From a virus, in IMG/VR virus record IMGVR_UViG_3300046453_000081, positions 32,001 to 96,000 of that record: a stretch of DNA of 64,000 nt; one strand, written 5' to 3'. Of the stretch, positions 39,326-49,686 are shown one piece after another. Position numbers and translations under genes: made by a program. Below the pieces are notes generated by a model. The model ran no database searches. It saw nothing but the letters and a program-made list of their open reading frames with translations, and was not told the DNA's origin. The stretch's first letter is position 1, and each line of letters begins with the position of its first letter.

Positions 39326-39709
39326 TTACATCGTCTGTTCGTACATTTCTTCTCTTATGTCGTTCAAATCTTCCTTCAATAATTGTTTGAGATTATCGCA
39401 TAAACTTACACAGAGTTCGTATGTTGCCAAATCATTAATAGAATCATTATTATATCCATATTCACAGCACCATTCAGTAAAGGTCATACTCCCCGCTTCA
39501 GCATCCATAAACAGGCATTCTAAAACTTCTAGCATTTGAGGTTCTTCACCTCTTAGCCCAACCCCCATATAAAATGGTACATCCATTTCGTTACCCCTGT
39601 ATTTGAATGTGCAAGTCCAAGCATCAGAATTTGGGAAATTTTCATTGTCTTTAGCCCCATGTTCAACTCTAAATCGAACATTATCAAGTTTGCTCATAAT
39701 AAACTCCAC
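39326..39709 (-). CDS. Conserved phage hypothetical (F.EWC.EYGY..DS)
   Basis: Recurrent motif. Confidence 0.7.
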   Translation of the reverse strand: MEFIMSKLDNVRFRVEHGAKDNENFPNSDAWTCTFKYRGNEMDVPFYMGVGLRGEEPQMLEVLECLFMDAEAGSMTFTEWCCEYGYNNDSINDLATYELCVSLCDNLKQLLKEDLNDIREEMYEQTM

Positions 39710-39930
39710 CTTTTTTCATTATTGGGAACTTCATTAGCCCATCCTTATTAAGTCCATCATATACAACATCAATATGCATCCCTATTCCCACAACGTCAAA
39801 ATCGTCATCAATCCAAGAGTCAAATCCAGTAAACACATTTTGCTCTTTACCATTAAAATCAACAGTCAGAGTTTGACCATCTCTTTTTCCCACAACTTTT
39901 AGCCTAATTTCTTCCACGTCTTTCACCCCT

Positions 39931-40602
39931 CTAATGACTAAACTTCTTTCCATCACTATAGCCTTTTTGCATCGCATCAGAATCACCGCTTGTTTTCCTT
40001 TTTATTCTGCTACCACTACCCATCGTGTAGCCCTCATATTCTCGGACTACCAAGGCATCTTTTAGAAGAATAAGTGCCAACCCTTCCGTTTCCACTTGCT
40101 CTTTAAACTTGGCTTTTAACCCTTGCAAGTACCCTGCTATATAGTCGTTTTTAACTGCAATAGTAGTCCCCCTGTTGCCACCAATACCCCTCTTTTTTAT
40201 GTAGTTGTCCGAATGAAATTTAATCTTAATGAGTGCAAATTCATAAATCGCCTTACAAACAGCAATATCCTGTTCAAGCCCTAAGAAAGTAATCTTTGTT
40301 CTCTTATTGAAAGACCTAGTAAATGTATAGCATCTAAAATTGTCCGCAATTATTAGTGCTAAACTTTTCATCCACCATTGTAACTTTGTATATTCAGTTC
40401 CGTCACCCTCCATTACATTTTTTCTAATTGGTTTATTATCATAATCTATATCGTTAATTGAAAGATTGTATTTCATCATCATTTTTTGTGCTAAGAGCAT
40501 AGCTGTATCCGATTCATCAGAATCAGCCCCATCATTTGCTAGTGCAAGGCATCCTTTTATTTTTGTTATAATATCTTCTATGTTTTTGCTTTTATCGTCC
40601 AT
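39931..40602 (-). CDS. DUF2786 domain protein
   Basis: IITKIKGCLALA...E...AMLLAQKMMMKYNLS; C-terminal GYSDGK. Confidence 0.85.
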   Translation of the reverse strand: MDDKSKNIEDIITKIKGCLALANDGADSDESDTAMLLAQKMMMKYNLSINDIDYDNKPIRKNVMEGDGTEYTKLQWWMKSLALIIADNFRCYTFTRSFNKRTKITFLGLEQDIAVCKAIYEFALIKIKFHSDNYIKKRGIGGNRGTTIAVKNDYIAGYLQGLKAKFKEQVETEGLALILLKDALVVREYEGYTMGSGSRIKRKTSGDSDAMQKGYSDGKKFSH

Positions 40603-40743
40603 GTCTTTATTCTCCTATCCATTTAGATTGGGTTATCGAAGTAGTTTTAAGGCAACAACAGGAAGTCTATTGTTGCCCAACAATCATTTGAAAGGGTTGA
40701 TTGAATTTCATTGTATCCTATTTTGAGACTATTTTCAAGTGAT

Positions 40744-40974
40744 TTAGTCTGACAGCCTTTTATTATAATCTTCTATTGCTACTTTTAAGTCTTTAAAATA
40801 GTGTCCTTGGTAGAATCCTTTGAATTCTTTATTAAAGAGATACGTTACAAATTCATTTTTCTGATTTTCTACCAAACAATATGCTAGGTTTGCATCGTCA
40901 GGGTTGTCACTAACACTTTTGTACATAAATAATTTCCAACCTTTGGAACTTGCTACATCTTCAATGACATCCAT
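40744..40974 (-). CDS. Hypothetical protein (GFYQGHYF..L..A..DY..R)
   Basis: Recurrent motif; follows operator-promoter 41022. Confidence 0.65.
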   Translation of the reverse strand: MDVIEDVASSKGWKLFMYKSVSDNPDDANLAYCLVENQKNEFVTYLFNKEFKGFYQGHYFKDLKVAIEDYNKRLSD

Positions 40975-41097
40975 CTAATCACCAACCAATCCTTTATCTA
41001 ATATAATTGTAACATATTTATTACCCAATTTCAATGGGTTTTTGTAATATTATCAAAAATTTAAATCTTCCTATGCGACACAAATTGGTCGTATTGT

Positions 41098-41340
41098 TCA
41101 GTAATCTAATCTAACATCATTACCACAAGAACAATTAATTCGCATTGAATATTGACTGTCAAGATTACAGTAAAATCCTTCTTGTTTTTCTTCAATAGAA
41201 TCCGATAAATAATACTTTCCATTATTGTCACTTTTAATAGGTACTTCTGTTTTACTTCCGCATTCTGTACATTTTATTGAAATCATAATATCCATCTTAT
41301 CTGCCCCTTTTAATACGCAATTTATAGGTCTACTATTCAC
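41098..41340 (-). CDS. Zn-ribbon protein
   Basis: CTECG...CSCG. Confidence 0.55.
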   Translation of the reverse strand: MNSRPINCVLKGADKMDIMISIKCTECGSKTEVPIKSDNNGKYYLSDSIEEKQEGFYCNLDSQYSMRINCSCGNDVRLDY

Positions 41341-41387
41341 TATGAAAGAGTGATTTTAATGTATAATTTGTTCGAATAGTGTCTTAA

Positions 41388-41618
41388 TCACTCTCTTTCT
41401 TTTGCTTGTAATACCAATTCTGTTAAGTCATTATGAGAGAATTTCCAATCATCTTCTAAACACATTCCAACATATTCATATCTGTCATCCTTTTCAGTAA
41501 AATATACTTGAAATGCCCTTCCTGTAAAGATAATTTCATTTCCTTCTTTGTCAATGAATACATCGCCCTTATTGATTTTCTTGTTCTCAGCTAACTTCCA
41601 TAACTCTGAATTAGTCAT
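41388..41618 (-). CDS. Hypothetical protein
   Basis: ORF track; RBS. Confidence 0.6.
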   Translation of the reverse strand: MTNSELWKLAENKKINKGDVFIDKEGNEIIFTGRAFQVYFTEKDDRYEYVGMCLEDDWKFSHNDLTELVLQAKERE

Positions 41619-42470
41619 TGTTTACCATCCCTTTCATTGCGACACACTTTATGTCAAAAGCGAATAAGATAGATATTTTATTCACCTACCAACTCCTATC
41701 ATAGTAATATGAAGGGTCTTCTAATGGTGTCATTTTTATACTCCCTTTGTTTATTTTACTTCCTTATAGGCACTTAAATAGATTTTAACAACTGTTACTT
41801 CACCTTCATCAAACTCGTCACCATCGAATTCGTCATCAATATCAATTTCCACACTATACCCATCTTTTTCAAGTTCTTTAAAGGTATCAATTGCGGGCTT
41901 CATAGATTCTAAAAATTCTTCCACCTTAGAAACAAGAATAAATTTACTATGGTATGTTTCTTCTTTATATACTCTTTTAAGACCTATCATGAATCTATTC
42001 CCACTCCCCTCGTTGTTCATCATCCCATTGAAATAAAAATGTTTCGTGAGAGGATATTTTACCCTGAATAAAAGCATATTCATTAGACAGCCTTTCTAAA
42101 TCTAAAATACATGCATATAAATGAAGGTCTGAAAGTGTTTCGTCTGTAATTTTATCTGAAATTACTCTACTGTTTTCTTTTATTTTTTTTAACAAATTAT
42201 TCTTTTGGAAAATTAATGCTTTAAGTTCCTCTCTAATTATTCGTTTCAAATTATTTTTATTCATCTCTATTCCTCCATTTTAATATTTTCTTTTCAATGA
42301 TTCTAACTGTTCCTGCATCCTGCAAATTTTATTATAATCTTCATCTGTTATAGAACGTTCATCAGAAAGCAATTCCAACTCGTAAATTACCTTGTCAAAG
42401 CATACATGCAACCATTCACTTTTATTCAGTCTACCCTTTGTCTTTACCATTCTGCATCCCCCTCCTACTG

Positions 42471-42761
42471 TTAAGGCATCATGCCAAAAAGTTTTAATAG
42501 AAAACCCAAGAGGATAGGGACAAAGAAAAGGAATCCTACAATATTGATTAAAAAGTTTGTTTCATTGTTTTCGTTGTTGCTTTTATAAACCCTACTGTTA
42601 TTTGTACTGCTTGTTCTTCTTGGTCTTCTTTCTACTTCAAAGTTCTCCCTGTGATTATAATCATCATATTCATCATCATCTTCAATGCTTGGAATTGGTC
42701 TACGATTATTAGTAGGTTCATAATCTGAAAATCCATAAATGCTACGCTTTCTTTTTGGCAT
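42471..42761 (-). CDS. Tail-anchored membrane protein
   Basis: Disordered N-terminus, C-terminal TM helix. Confidence 0.65.
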   Translation of the reverse strand: MPKRKRSIYGFSDYEPTNNRRPIPSIEDDDEYDDYNHRENFEVERRPRRTSSTNNSRVYKSNNENNETNFLINIVGFLFFVPILLGFLLKLFGMMP

Positions 42762-43100
42762 TCAGAACACCCCCACTATAACTCTATTCGACTGTCTTGC
42801 CAATTATGAATCATGAGTCAAGAAAATTCATTCCCCTATTTTTCGTCTTCATATTTCATATAAAATCTATATGCTTCTTCCTCGGTTTTTGTACCGAGCT
42901 GATAATTAAATTCATCTTCAAACTTTTTTAATTCTTCTTTTGAATATCCTAGAGACTTCAAAGCTAATAAGCCATAGCCAATCGCTTCACCGTTTCTCAT
43001 TTAATTGTCCCCTTTCTTTTATGCTATCTAAGAACATTTTACCATATTCGCAATCCAATTTCAATGGGTTGTTCAAATAAAATTTTTAATAGGAAGTAAT

Positions 43101-43610
43101 TTATTTACTTCCTACTGTTAATCCGAATCTTATCATGCAATCATTACCTCTAAACGGTCTGCTATCTTTTTCGAATCCGAATTTTTTATAAAACTTTTTC
43201 AACACTCTTTTTCCCACTCCAAACTTGGGGGCAACTTCTAAATCAATACTGTACCCATACTTATCTGCAATTTCAATCAAAGCATTCATCATTTGAGTTC
43301 CTAACCCCTGTTGTTTCTTATCATCAGGAACACCAATAAAAGCTAAGTGAATTTGTTTCTTATCTGTGTAAGTATACAGTTCAAATTTCAATCCATCATT
43401 GTCAATCAGAAATGGTCTGATATACCAAAAACCATAGTTATAGCGTAAATCGTTAATGACAGGGCATAATACAGGGGGTTCAACAATAAAACCATTTGTA
43501 GCTTTTTCTAAATGCTCTGCTCTTTCTTTATTCGTTTCTTCTAATTCTTCTCTAGACAGTTCTATGAAGTTAATATTGTTTAACGTTTTCATTGATATCA
43601 ATCCTTTCAT
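43101..43610 (-). CDS. GNAT acetyltransferase
   Basis: LAFIGVPDDKKQQGLGTQMM...LKKFYKKFGF. Confidence 0.85.
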   Translation of the reverse strand: MKGLISMKTLNNINFIELSREELEETNKERAEHLEKATNGFIVEPPVLCPVINDLRYNYGFWYIRPFLIDNDGLKFELYTYTDKKQIHLAFIGVPDDKKQQGLGTQMMNALIEIADKYGYSIDLEVAPKFGVGKRVLKKFYKKFGFEKDSRPFRGNDCMIRFGLTVGSK

Positions 43611-44002
43611 AAGAGGGGGGGATTGCCCCCATCATACAACGCTTCTTCCCCTATATTAATCCCTTAGTTTTCTTAACCCTTTTTATCATACCTTTAATTA
43701 CCATTTCTTCAGGTATTTTGTTTTTAGCTAACGTCATTACAACCTCTTTCAAATGCCATTCTTTATAGTGTTCTCCTAATCCTTCACGCAATTGTTTCTC
43801 AATGCTGTTCATCAAATCACCCTTTCTTTATCTTATATATCCATTATAGCATATATACAACCCATTTACAATGGATTAAGATAAAAAAATAAATGCAGGT
43901 ATCAACCCACATTTACAATGTGATTATATTTAATACTAATTCTTCTTTGTTAGATTTACAAATGGTTTTTTCTTTAGGTTTACAAAAGGTTTTTTAGTAA
44001 GA

Positions 44003-44629
44003 TTAATCACTCAAATCACCGCCCCTTATATCTATATTCGTAATAACAAATCCATCTTTAATATCCTTGCCATCCCAAAAGTCGTGAGAGTATTCAACGG
44101 TAAACTCTATCTTTTTATAAAGCTTATTCCCCAATCCATTTGCAACTTGCATATCATATAAAAATTTGTAAACTTTCTTTTTATCTGTTTTGTCGTAATA
44201 ACTTATATCATCATCTGTTCCCTTGATAACAAAATTTTTACTATCACCAAAATCTTTATTGATTGAATCGACAAAACTATTCCAAGTGCCATATTGTTTA
44301 ATAAAAACTGGACTATCAATATATTCACTTTTGGTCATATAGAATCTGAAAAAATCCTCTTTTTCACTAGTAGTATTCAGATACTTATAATCAAATACAT
44401 CAATCAAGTTATCAGTTTCTTCTAGGTAATGCCCTGCCTTATCTGTATCGCCATTTTTCATAAGGTCTAGATATGTCTCAAGTGCATCCCTAGCCCTTGA
44501 CTCGCTTTGTCCTCCTGCAAATACAGTAAGTGCAAAATACCCAATAAGACCAATCATGCAAAGCGTAATAACGCCTATAATTATCTTTTTTAACACATTA
44601 ACCCCTCCATTAATATGATTAAATTTCAT
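44003..44629 (-). CDS. Membrane-anchored/exported protein (NTF2-like possible)
   Basis: KKIII + TM; YLDLMKNGD..KA..YL; FVITNI. Confidence 0.65.
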   Translation of the reverse strand: MKFNHINGGVNVLKKIIIGVITLCMIGLIGYFALTVFAGGQSESRARDALETYLDLMKNGDTDKAGHYLEETDNLIDVFDYKYLNTTSEKEDFFRFYMTKSEYIDSPVFIKQYGTWNSFVDSINKDFGDSKNFVIKGTDDDISYYDKTDKKKVYKFLYDMQVANGLGNKLYKKIEFTVEYSHDFWDGKDIKDGFVITNIDIRGGDLSD

Positions 44630-44755
44630 TGGAGTTAATCTTGGTTGTCTCTTTTGCCCAACAAACGTCTATGGGTTCTTGAGTCTCCTCGTCACAATTA
44701 CCACAAAACCATAGACAATTAATAAAGATATAGCAATCACTACAATAACCTTGCA

Positions 44756-45037
44756 TTACTCTACACCATCCCTAAATCCCCATCTACCACTAGGATTCTC
44801 AACAATATGCTCGTCTTCTAATTCTCTTTCCATCAAGTCTTGTTTAATCCATTCAACATCGTATGTTGTAAACTTTTCCAAATCCCAATTTGGCTCTCCC
44901 TCACTTTCTCTTACATATTCGTCATAGCGTTCTGCAACTGTGTACAGGAAGTCCTTGTCATTAATAAGTGCTTTAATCAAATCAGTTTGTATTAAACTCA
45001 TTAAGACTTGTTTGACATTTTCTATGCTAGTAGACAC
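44756..45037 (-). CDS. Hypothetical protein
   Basis: GGAGAGG RBS. Confidence 0.6.
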   Translation of the reverse strand: MSTSIENVKQVLMSLIQTDLIKALINDKDFLYTVAERYDEYVRESEGEPNWDLEKFTTYDVEWIKQDLMERELEDEHIVENPSGRWGFRDGVE

Positions 45038-45259
45038 TGTAACCCTCTCCTTGTTGAATAAGTATCATAACAGATTTTTAATTCTTATTAGTTTCCTGTC
45101 TAAAATTTGAATAGAGTTTCCTGTCATTTTACCGCATAGTTCAATAGTATCTAGCTGTGTTTCAGTCATTTCACTTTCATGGAATTCTCCATTAAATAAA
45201 TTCACATATCTAACTTGAAAATATTTTAATTTACTAGGCATAGCCCCCATCCTTTCTAT

Positions 45260-45622
45260 TTATGCATAAAATACCTTTACATCAACCATGTCATTGTCTT
45301 GCACAGTAACAATAAATTTCTGATTATACTTTTTTTCCAACGCTAAAAAATCATTAAGATTGAAGTCATCTTTTGGAACATTAATTTCAAATGCAACCCA
45401 CTCATATTTGGAAAAGTCTTGTTTGTGGTTCGTTTCAAATATTTCAAATAATTGTGGAATAGAAAAATTAGACGCTAAGATAAAGTGTTCTACCCCATCT
45501 TTTAATCTCATGTTTTTAATGACAACAGAATCTAACACCACAATATTGTCAGTAAGTATTCCAGTATTAATTAATTCCTGCAAAATAATAGATTTACGTG
45601 CCTTGCCTTGTAAGATTAACAT
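45260..45622 (-). CDS. Hypothetical protein
   Basis: AGGAG RBS. Confidence 0.6.
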   Translation of the reverse strand: MLILQGKARKSIILQELINTGILTDNIVVLDSVVIKNMRLKDGVEHFILASNFSIPQLFEIFETNHKQDFSKYEWVAFEINVPKDDFNLNDFLALEKKYNQKFIVTVQDNDMVDVKVFYA

Positions 45623-46101
45623 TGTATTCTCCTATTTCTTATGGAGTAATATTTTTCTACCAATGAATCTACCGAATCCCAAACCTCAACAGGTATACGT
45701 GTATCATTAAAGATGCCTACTGCACCTACAACTCTATTAACTATAAAAAGTTTTTCTGCAAAATTTTCTATTGTTTGCCCTGAATGTGAATGTAGTTCCA
45801 TCATTATTTGTTCGCTCCCCTATTCCTCTTTTTTCATAAACTTAATCTTAAATTCATCAATTTTTTCTTATTTATCTTTTATATAAGTCAAAAGTTCCAT
45901 CAGGCAACTCTGCTTTCTCTCCATCGTAAGCAACACCAAAAATCCCGCTATATCCTGTCTCTCTATTGATTGTTATAGAATATGCAAGAAATTCTTTCCC
46001 ATCACTTAACCTTCTCACATACCACATTTTCAACATTCCTTTCGTTGTTTTCATTTTTGGTTTCACGTTCTTATAGTCAGGGGAACAAGCCCCTGACCCA
46101 T

Positions 46102-46269
46102 TTAGAAATTCTCTCCTGTTTCTTCTCCCCATTGTTCTCTTGGGGCTAATCGTTGACCAAGACCATTGTATTCAGTCCCACAGCTATCACATTCATTCGC
46201 CCAACTGTTAGTTAGCACCACTGTTTCACCGCAACATTTACATTTAATTTCTTTTACTTCAAATGCCAT
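46102..46269 (-). CDS. 55-aa Zn-ribbon protein not in ORF track (MAFEVKEIKCKCCGE...ECDSCGTEYN)
   Basis: Read manually; first gene after operator-promoter 46317. Confidence 0.7.
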   Translation of the reverse strand: MAFEVKEIKCKCCGETVVLTNSWANECDSCGTEYNGLGQRLAPREQWGEETGENF

Positions 46270-46390
46270 ATTAACCAATCCCTTCCTTATCTATATACCA
46301 AGTATAGCATACAAACAATCCATTTACAATGGGTTTTTGGATGAATATCGACAATATTTTATATGTATCATAGGGGGCAAGCCCCCTCTT

Positions 46391-46750
46391 TTATCTATGA
46401 TACAAATTAATATACATGTTGTAATCGTCTTTTGCAGGTATCATTCTGACCCATACATCAATATTTTTATGTTGGAAGTAATAATTAACACTGTCATATG
46501 GATTCTCTAAGTACCCTGTGTACTTCAACAATTTACTATAAGTATTCACTTCATCACTACACACAAAATTCACAGCTTCATCCATATCTTCAGCGCTAAT
46601 ACCAAATTCATCAATTTTGTTTTTCCAATTCCCTGTACCAAACCATGTTTTATATGGTCTGACATCTCTCCCGCCATCAAAGTCTGCTCTCATATGCCCT
46701 AATTTTTTAGTTTGGTCAAAATCAAATGGGCATTCCTTTATTAATTTCAT
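46391..46750 (-). CDS. Hypothetical protein
   Basis: GGAGG RBS. Confidence 0.65.
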   Translation of the reverse strand: MKLIKECPFDFDQTKKLGHMRADFDGGRDVRPYKTWFGTGNWKNKIDEFGISAEDMDEAVNFVCSDEVNTYSKLLKYTGYLENPYDSVNYYFQHKNIDVWVRMIPAKDDYNMYINLYHR

Positions 46751-46762
46751 TAAATACCCCTC

Positions 46763-47137
46763 CTATTGTAATTGCTTTTCAAATTCCTTATATCCTGCTT
46801 CAAAACAATCCTTACCACATACAGGTGTTTCTTCAACATAATATTCAACATCGTGTTCAGGCATATTTATTTCTTTATTGCAGTGTCCACATTTCTCAAC
46901 TATCTTAGGCTCATAATGTCCGCAAATTAATGGCAACTTAAATTCATCGAATTCTACTTCTTCAAAAATTTCTTCACTAACATTTTCATTTTGGCATTCA
47001 GTATAATCAGGTTCAGGTGGGTCATAGTAAGTACCCATAAATCCCCTGATAAATTTGCCATGTTTACAATGTTGACACTCTCTTATACCTTTCACTCTAA
47101 TCAGCCCTTTCTTTACCTTATATATCCATTGTAGCAA
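46763..47137 (-). CDS. Cys-rich hypothetical (YYDPPEPD)
   Basis: Multiple CxxC; true start likely internal GTG. Confidence 0.6.
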   Translation of the reverse strand: MLQWIYKVKKGLIRVKGIRECQHCKHGKFIRGFMGTYYDPPEPDYTECQNENVSEEIFEEVEFDEFKLPLICGHYEPKIVEKCGHCNKEINMPEHDVEYYVEETPVCGKDCFEAGYKEFEKQLQ

Positions 47138-47183
47138 ATTCCAAATCCAATTTCAATGGATTATTAAAACAAATAATGAAAAG

Positions 47184-47543
47184 CTATAGATTAAAGTAAC
47201 TGTCTAGATTGTTTCCTTTTACCCAACATTCAAAGGTGTGTTCTCCACCATCTTTATAAATTAATTCTATTGAAGGTGTAGCCCAAGAACTATAGGTAAA
47301 AGCATACATATTCTCTTTTGGAATGTATCCATCTATTTTATTCCAAACTTCATCTGCTGTAGAAAACCAATCTTCTGCCAAACCTACTGATACGGATTCA
47401 AGGTTGCCTTTCCTAGTTTCTATGTTTTCTTTGACTTTTTTCCAATCAATTTGTTTGAATACTGCTTTCTTCTTCTTTTTCTTATTTTCCAATATATGAA
47501 GTATGTTTTGCAATCTTGGATAAGCCTTTTTGATTAGATACAT
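47184..47543 (-). CDS. Hypothetical (GLAEDWF.TA...SSWATP)
   Basis: Recurrent motif; AAGGAG RBS. Confidence 0.6.
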   Translation of the reverse strand: MYLIKKAYPRLQNILHILENKKKKKKAVFKQIDWKKVKENIETRKGNLESVSVGLAEDWFSTADEVWNKIDGYIPKENMYAFTYSSWATPSIELIYKDGGEHTFECWVKGNNLDSYFNL

Positions 47544-47603
47544 CTAATATTCTCCTTTGTCTTCTTTAATTAGATAGGAGATAAAATTCTCTCTCCTATC
47601 TAA

Positions 47604-48014
47604 TTACCTCTTTTCCCAATATCCATATAGTGATTTGTCTCCGCAATCCCATAGGTCATAATAAAATCCATCAACACTTGATACAATATGGTTCGCTACT
47701 CTCAAAACAAACGTGCCTTTCTTATTATCTTTAGCGAACGATTCTACTGTAGGTCTTTTACTGCCTTTTCTATTTGATATTTTATGTTCGATGAAGCTAT
47801 TTCTTTTAAGGTATTCTTTCCATGCTTCATCATCATTTGGCATAACCTTTAATTCAAAACCAATCTCACACAACTCTCTGTAGACAGCATCCCATTCTTT
47901 GCCTGTAGCCTTACAAATTGCCCTGACTACACAATCCCCTGTCTCTTTCTTTTTTGGGTTTGCATTATAATAAAGGTTTCTTGTTTTCATTAGGTTTCCC
48001 CCTTTCTCTATCAC
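47604..48014 (-). CDS. Papain-like fold protein (GDCVVRAI...H...DG..YD.WD)
   Basis: Cys/His/Asp motif arrangement. Confidence 0.65.
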   Translation of the reverse strand: MIEKGGNLMKTRNLYYNANPKKKETGDCVVRAICKATGKEWDAVYRELCEIGFELKVMPNDDEAWKEYLKRNSFIEHKISNRKGSKRPTVESFAKDNKKGTFVLRVANHIVSSVDGFYYDLWDCGDKSLYGYWEKR

Positions 48015-48095
48015 CTAAATAAAGTATAACATATGTATAATCCAATGTCAATGGGTTAAGAAGGTAAAAAATGAGGAAAGTTAACCTTTCCACAA

Positions 48096-48761
48096 TTATT
48101 TATTCAAGTATGCTAATGACCCGCCAACTTTTCTCAATTTACTATCAATGAATTCCAAGTCTCTTTCTTGCTCTTGCATTTGAGTACATAATAAAACTTT
48201 TCTCTCCAAATACTGCTTCTTAGCCTTTTCTGACTTTGATTTATACATCTTGCGTTCTAATTCAGCTATTTCTATGTTGTTATTTAATTTGTCTTCAATA
48301 ACTTTTTTCTTTAAGTGTTTTCTCTTTCTATTTAACTTTCTCATTTCTTTTAACTGCATTTGAATAATTGCATCTTTAATTTCACTGTAATTATTTAAAA
48401 CTTCTGATAGATAGCGTTCACCATAGGGGACTAAAGTGTTTACATTTTTATAGTCTTTGCTAACATGAATGCCCATTTTTTCATGTGCGAACAAGTGTGA
48501 TTCATTACCATCACTAGCAGGGACTAGACCCACATATTTTGCTTTTTTCAACGCTTCCCTTACTGTCATGTCTACCTCAACATCATTCTTTAAATCAAAG
48601 CGTTCCCTACCCCTCTTTTTTGCATGTGCGGAAACAATTAGATGGTTAATTGTAGACAACGTTAAACCATTATCTAACTCATTTGGAGTTAGCTTTACTT
48701 CTTCTATTCGAATTTTTTTAAAGGCATCAGCCATTGCGGTTTCTGTTACACTCAAGAACAA
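48096..48761 (-). CDS. Protein with HAxxR..ER motif and C-terminal coiled coil
   Basis: IVSAHAKKRGRERF, reminiscent of RelE/DUF4258-like RNase folds. Confidence 0.55.
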   Translation of the reverse strand: MFLSVTETAMADAFKKIRIEEVKLTPNELDNGLTLSTINHLIVSAHAKKRGRERFDLKNDVEVDMTVREALKKAKYVGLVPASDGNESHLFAHEKMGIHVSKDYKNVNTLVPYGERYLSEVLNNYSEIKDAIIQMQLKEMRKLNRKRKHLKKKVIEDKLNNNIEIAELERKMYKSKSEKAKKQYLERKVLLCTQMQEQERDLEFIDSKLRKVGGSLAYLNK

Positions 48762-48793
48762 TCAACTCCTATAATTATATTTATCATTTGGTT

Positions 48794-49429
48794 CTATGCA
48801 ACTACTTCTGTTTTAGCTGTTGAACTAACATAATCCTGAAACATGCCCTTTATTCTGTCTAGGACGACATCATAAGTGTATGTGCTTATAATATTGTACT
48901 GTGTCTTATAACACCCTCCAAAATCAATTATGATGGGTATTCCGCTTTTTTTCTCGACTAGGATATTGTGTCCATGCAAATCATTCAAGGTGATTTTTTT
49001 GGAAACCATAATGTCAAGTGTTTTTTTAAAATTTTCAACGAAGCGGGTATTTAACCTGAATTGGTTACGGTAATCAGCAATACTCACCCCATCAATAAAA
49101 TCGACAATCATTATAAATTGACCATCCAAACTTGTATTGTCATAAGCATGGATTCTTGGGATATACTTGTTTCCCCTTAGTTCTAATAGTGTCTCAATAT
49201 CGTATGCCCTCTCAACGTTTGCACCACTATAGTACTGCTTAGAATACTTGATAGCAAATGTTTTCCCATTCAAAGAGGTGTATTTATACACTACTCCGAA
49301 GCATCCTGACCCAATTTTCTGAAGCGTTTCCAGTTTTCCATCTTTAAACATTTCTTCAATAATCTCAATGTCTGCATTCTTGATAGTCCTTCCAACCTTT
49401 GTTAGCTTAATCTCTCTGCTTAAATTCAT
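48794..49429 (-). CDS. Ser/Thr (Hanks-like) protein kinase
   Basis: IGSGCFGVVY, AIK, NDLHGHNIL, IIDFG. Confidence 0.85.
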   Translation of the reverse strand: MNLSREIKLTKVGRTIKNADIEIIEEMFKDGKLETLQKIGSGCFGVVYKYTSLNGKTFAIKYSKQYYSGANVERAYDIETLLELRGNKYIPRIHAYDNTSLDGQFIMIVDFIDGVSIADYRNQFRLNTRFVENFKKTLDIMVSKKITLNDLHGHNILVEKKSGIPIIIDFGGCYKTQYNIISTYTYDVVLDRIKGMFQDYVSSTAKTEVVA

Positions 49430-49686
49430 CAGAATTTAAATCTCCCTTCATTATATTTATCACTTAGCCAACTAAATCAAAGCTTACCATTTGCCGACAA
49501 TCTTAGAAGTATTTATATTATGTATGTCAACCTAACAAATATATTTTAACACACACTTATTTTGAAAACAATAGTTTTTTTAATTTTATGTATCATTTGA
49601 TGATTTACTTATTCAGATTATTAATAACATGAATAGCTTAATTAAGGTCAAAATAAAAACAGGGAGTAGACCCCCCTGTTTGTACA

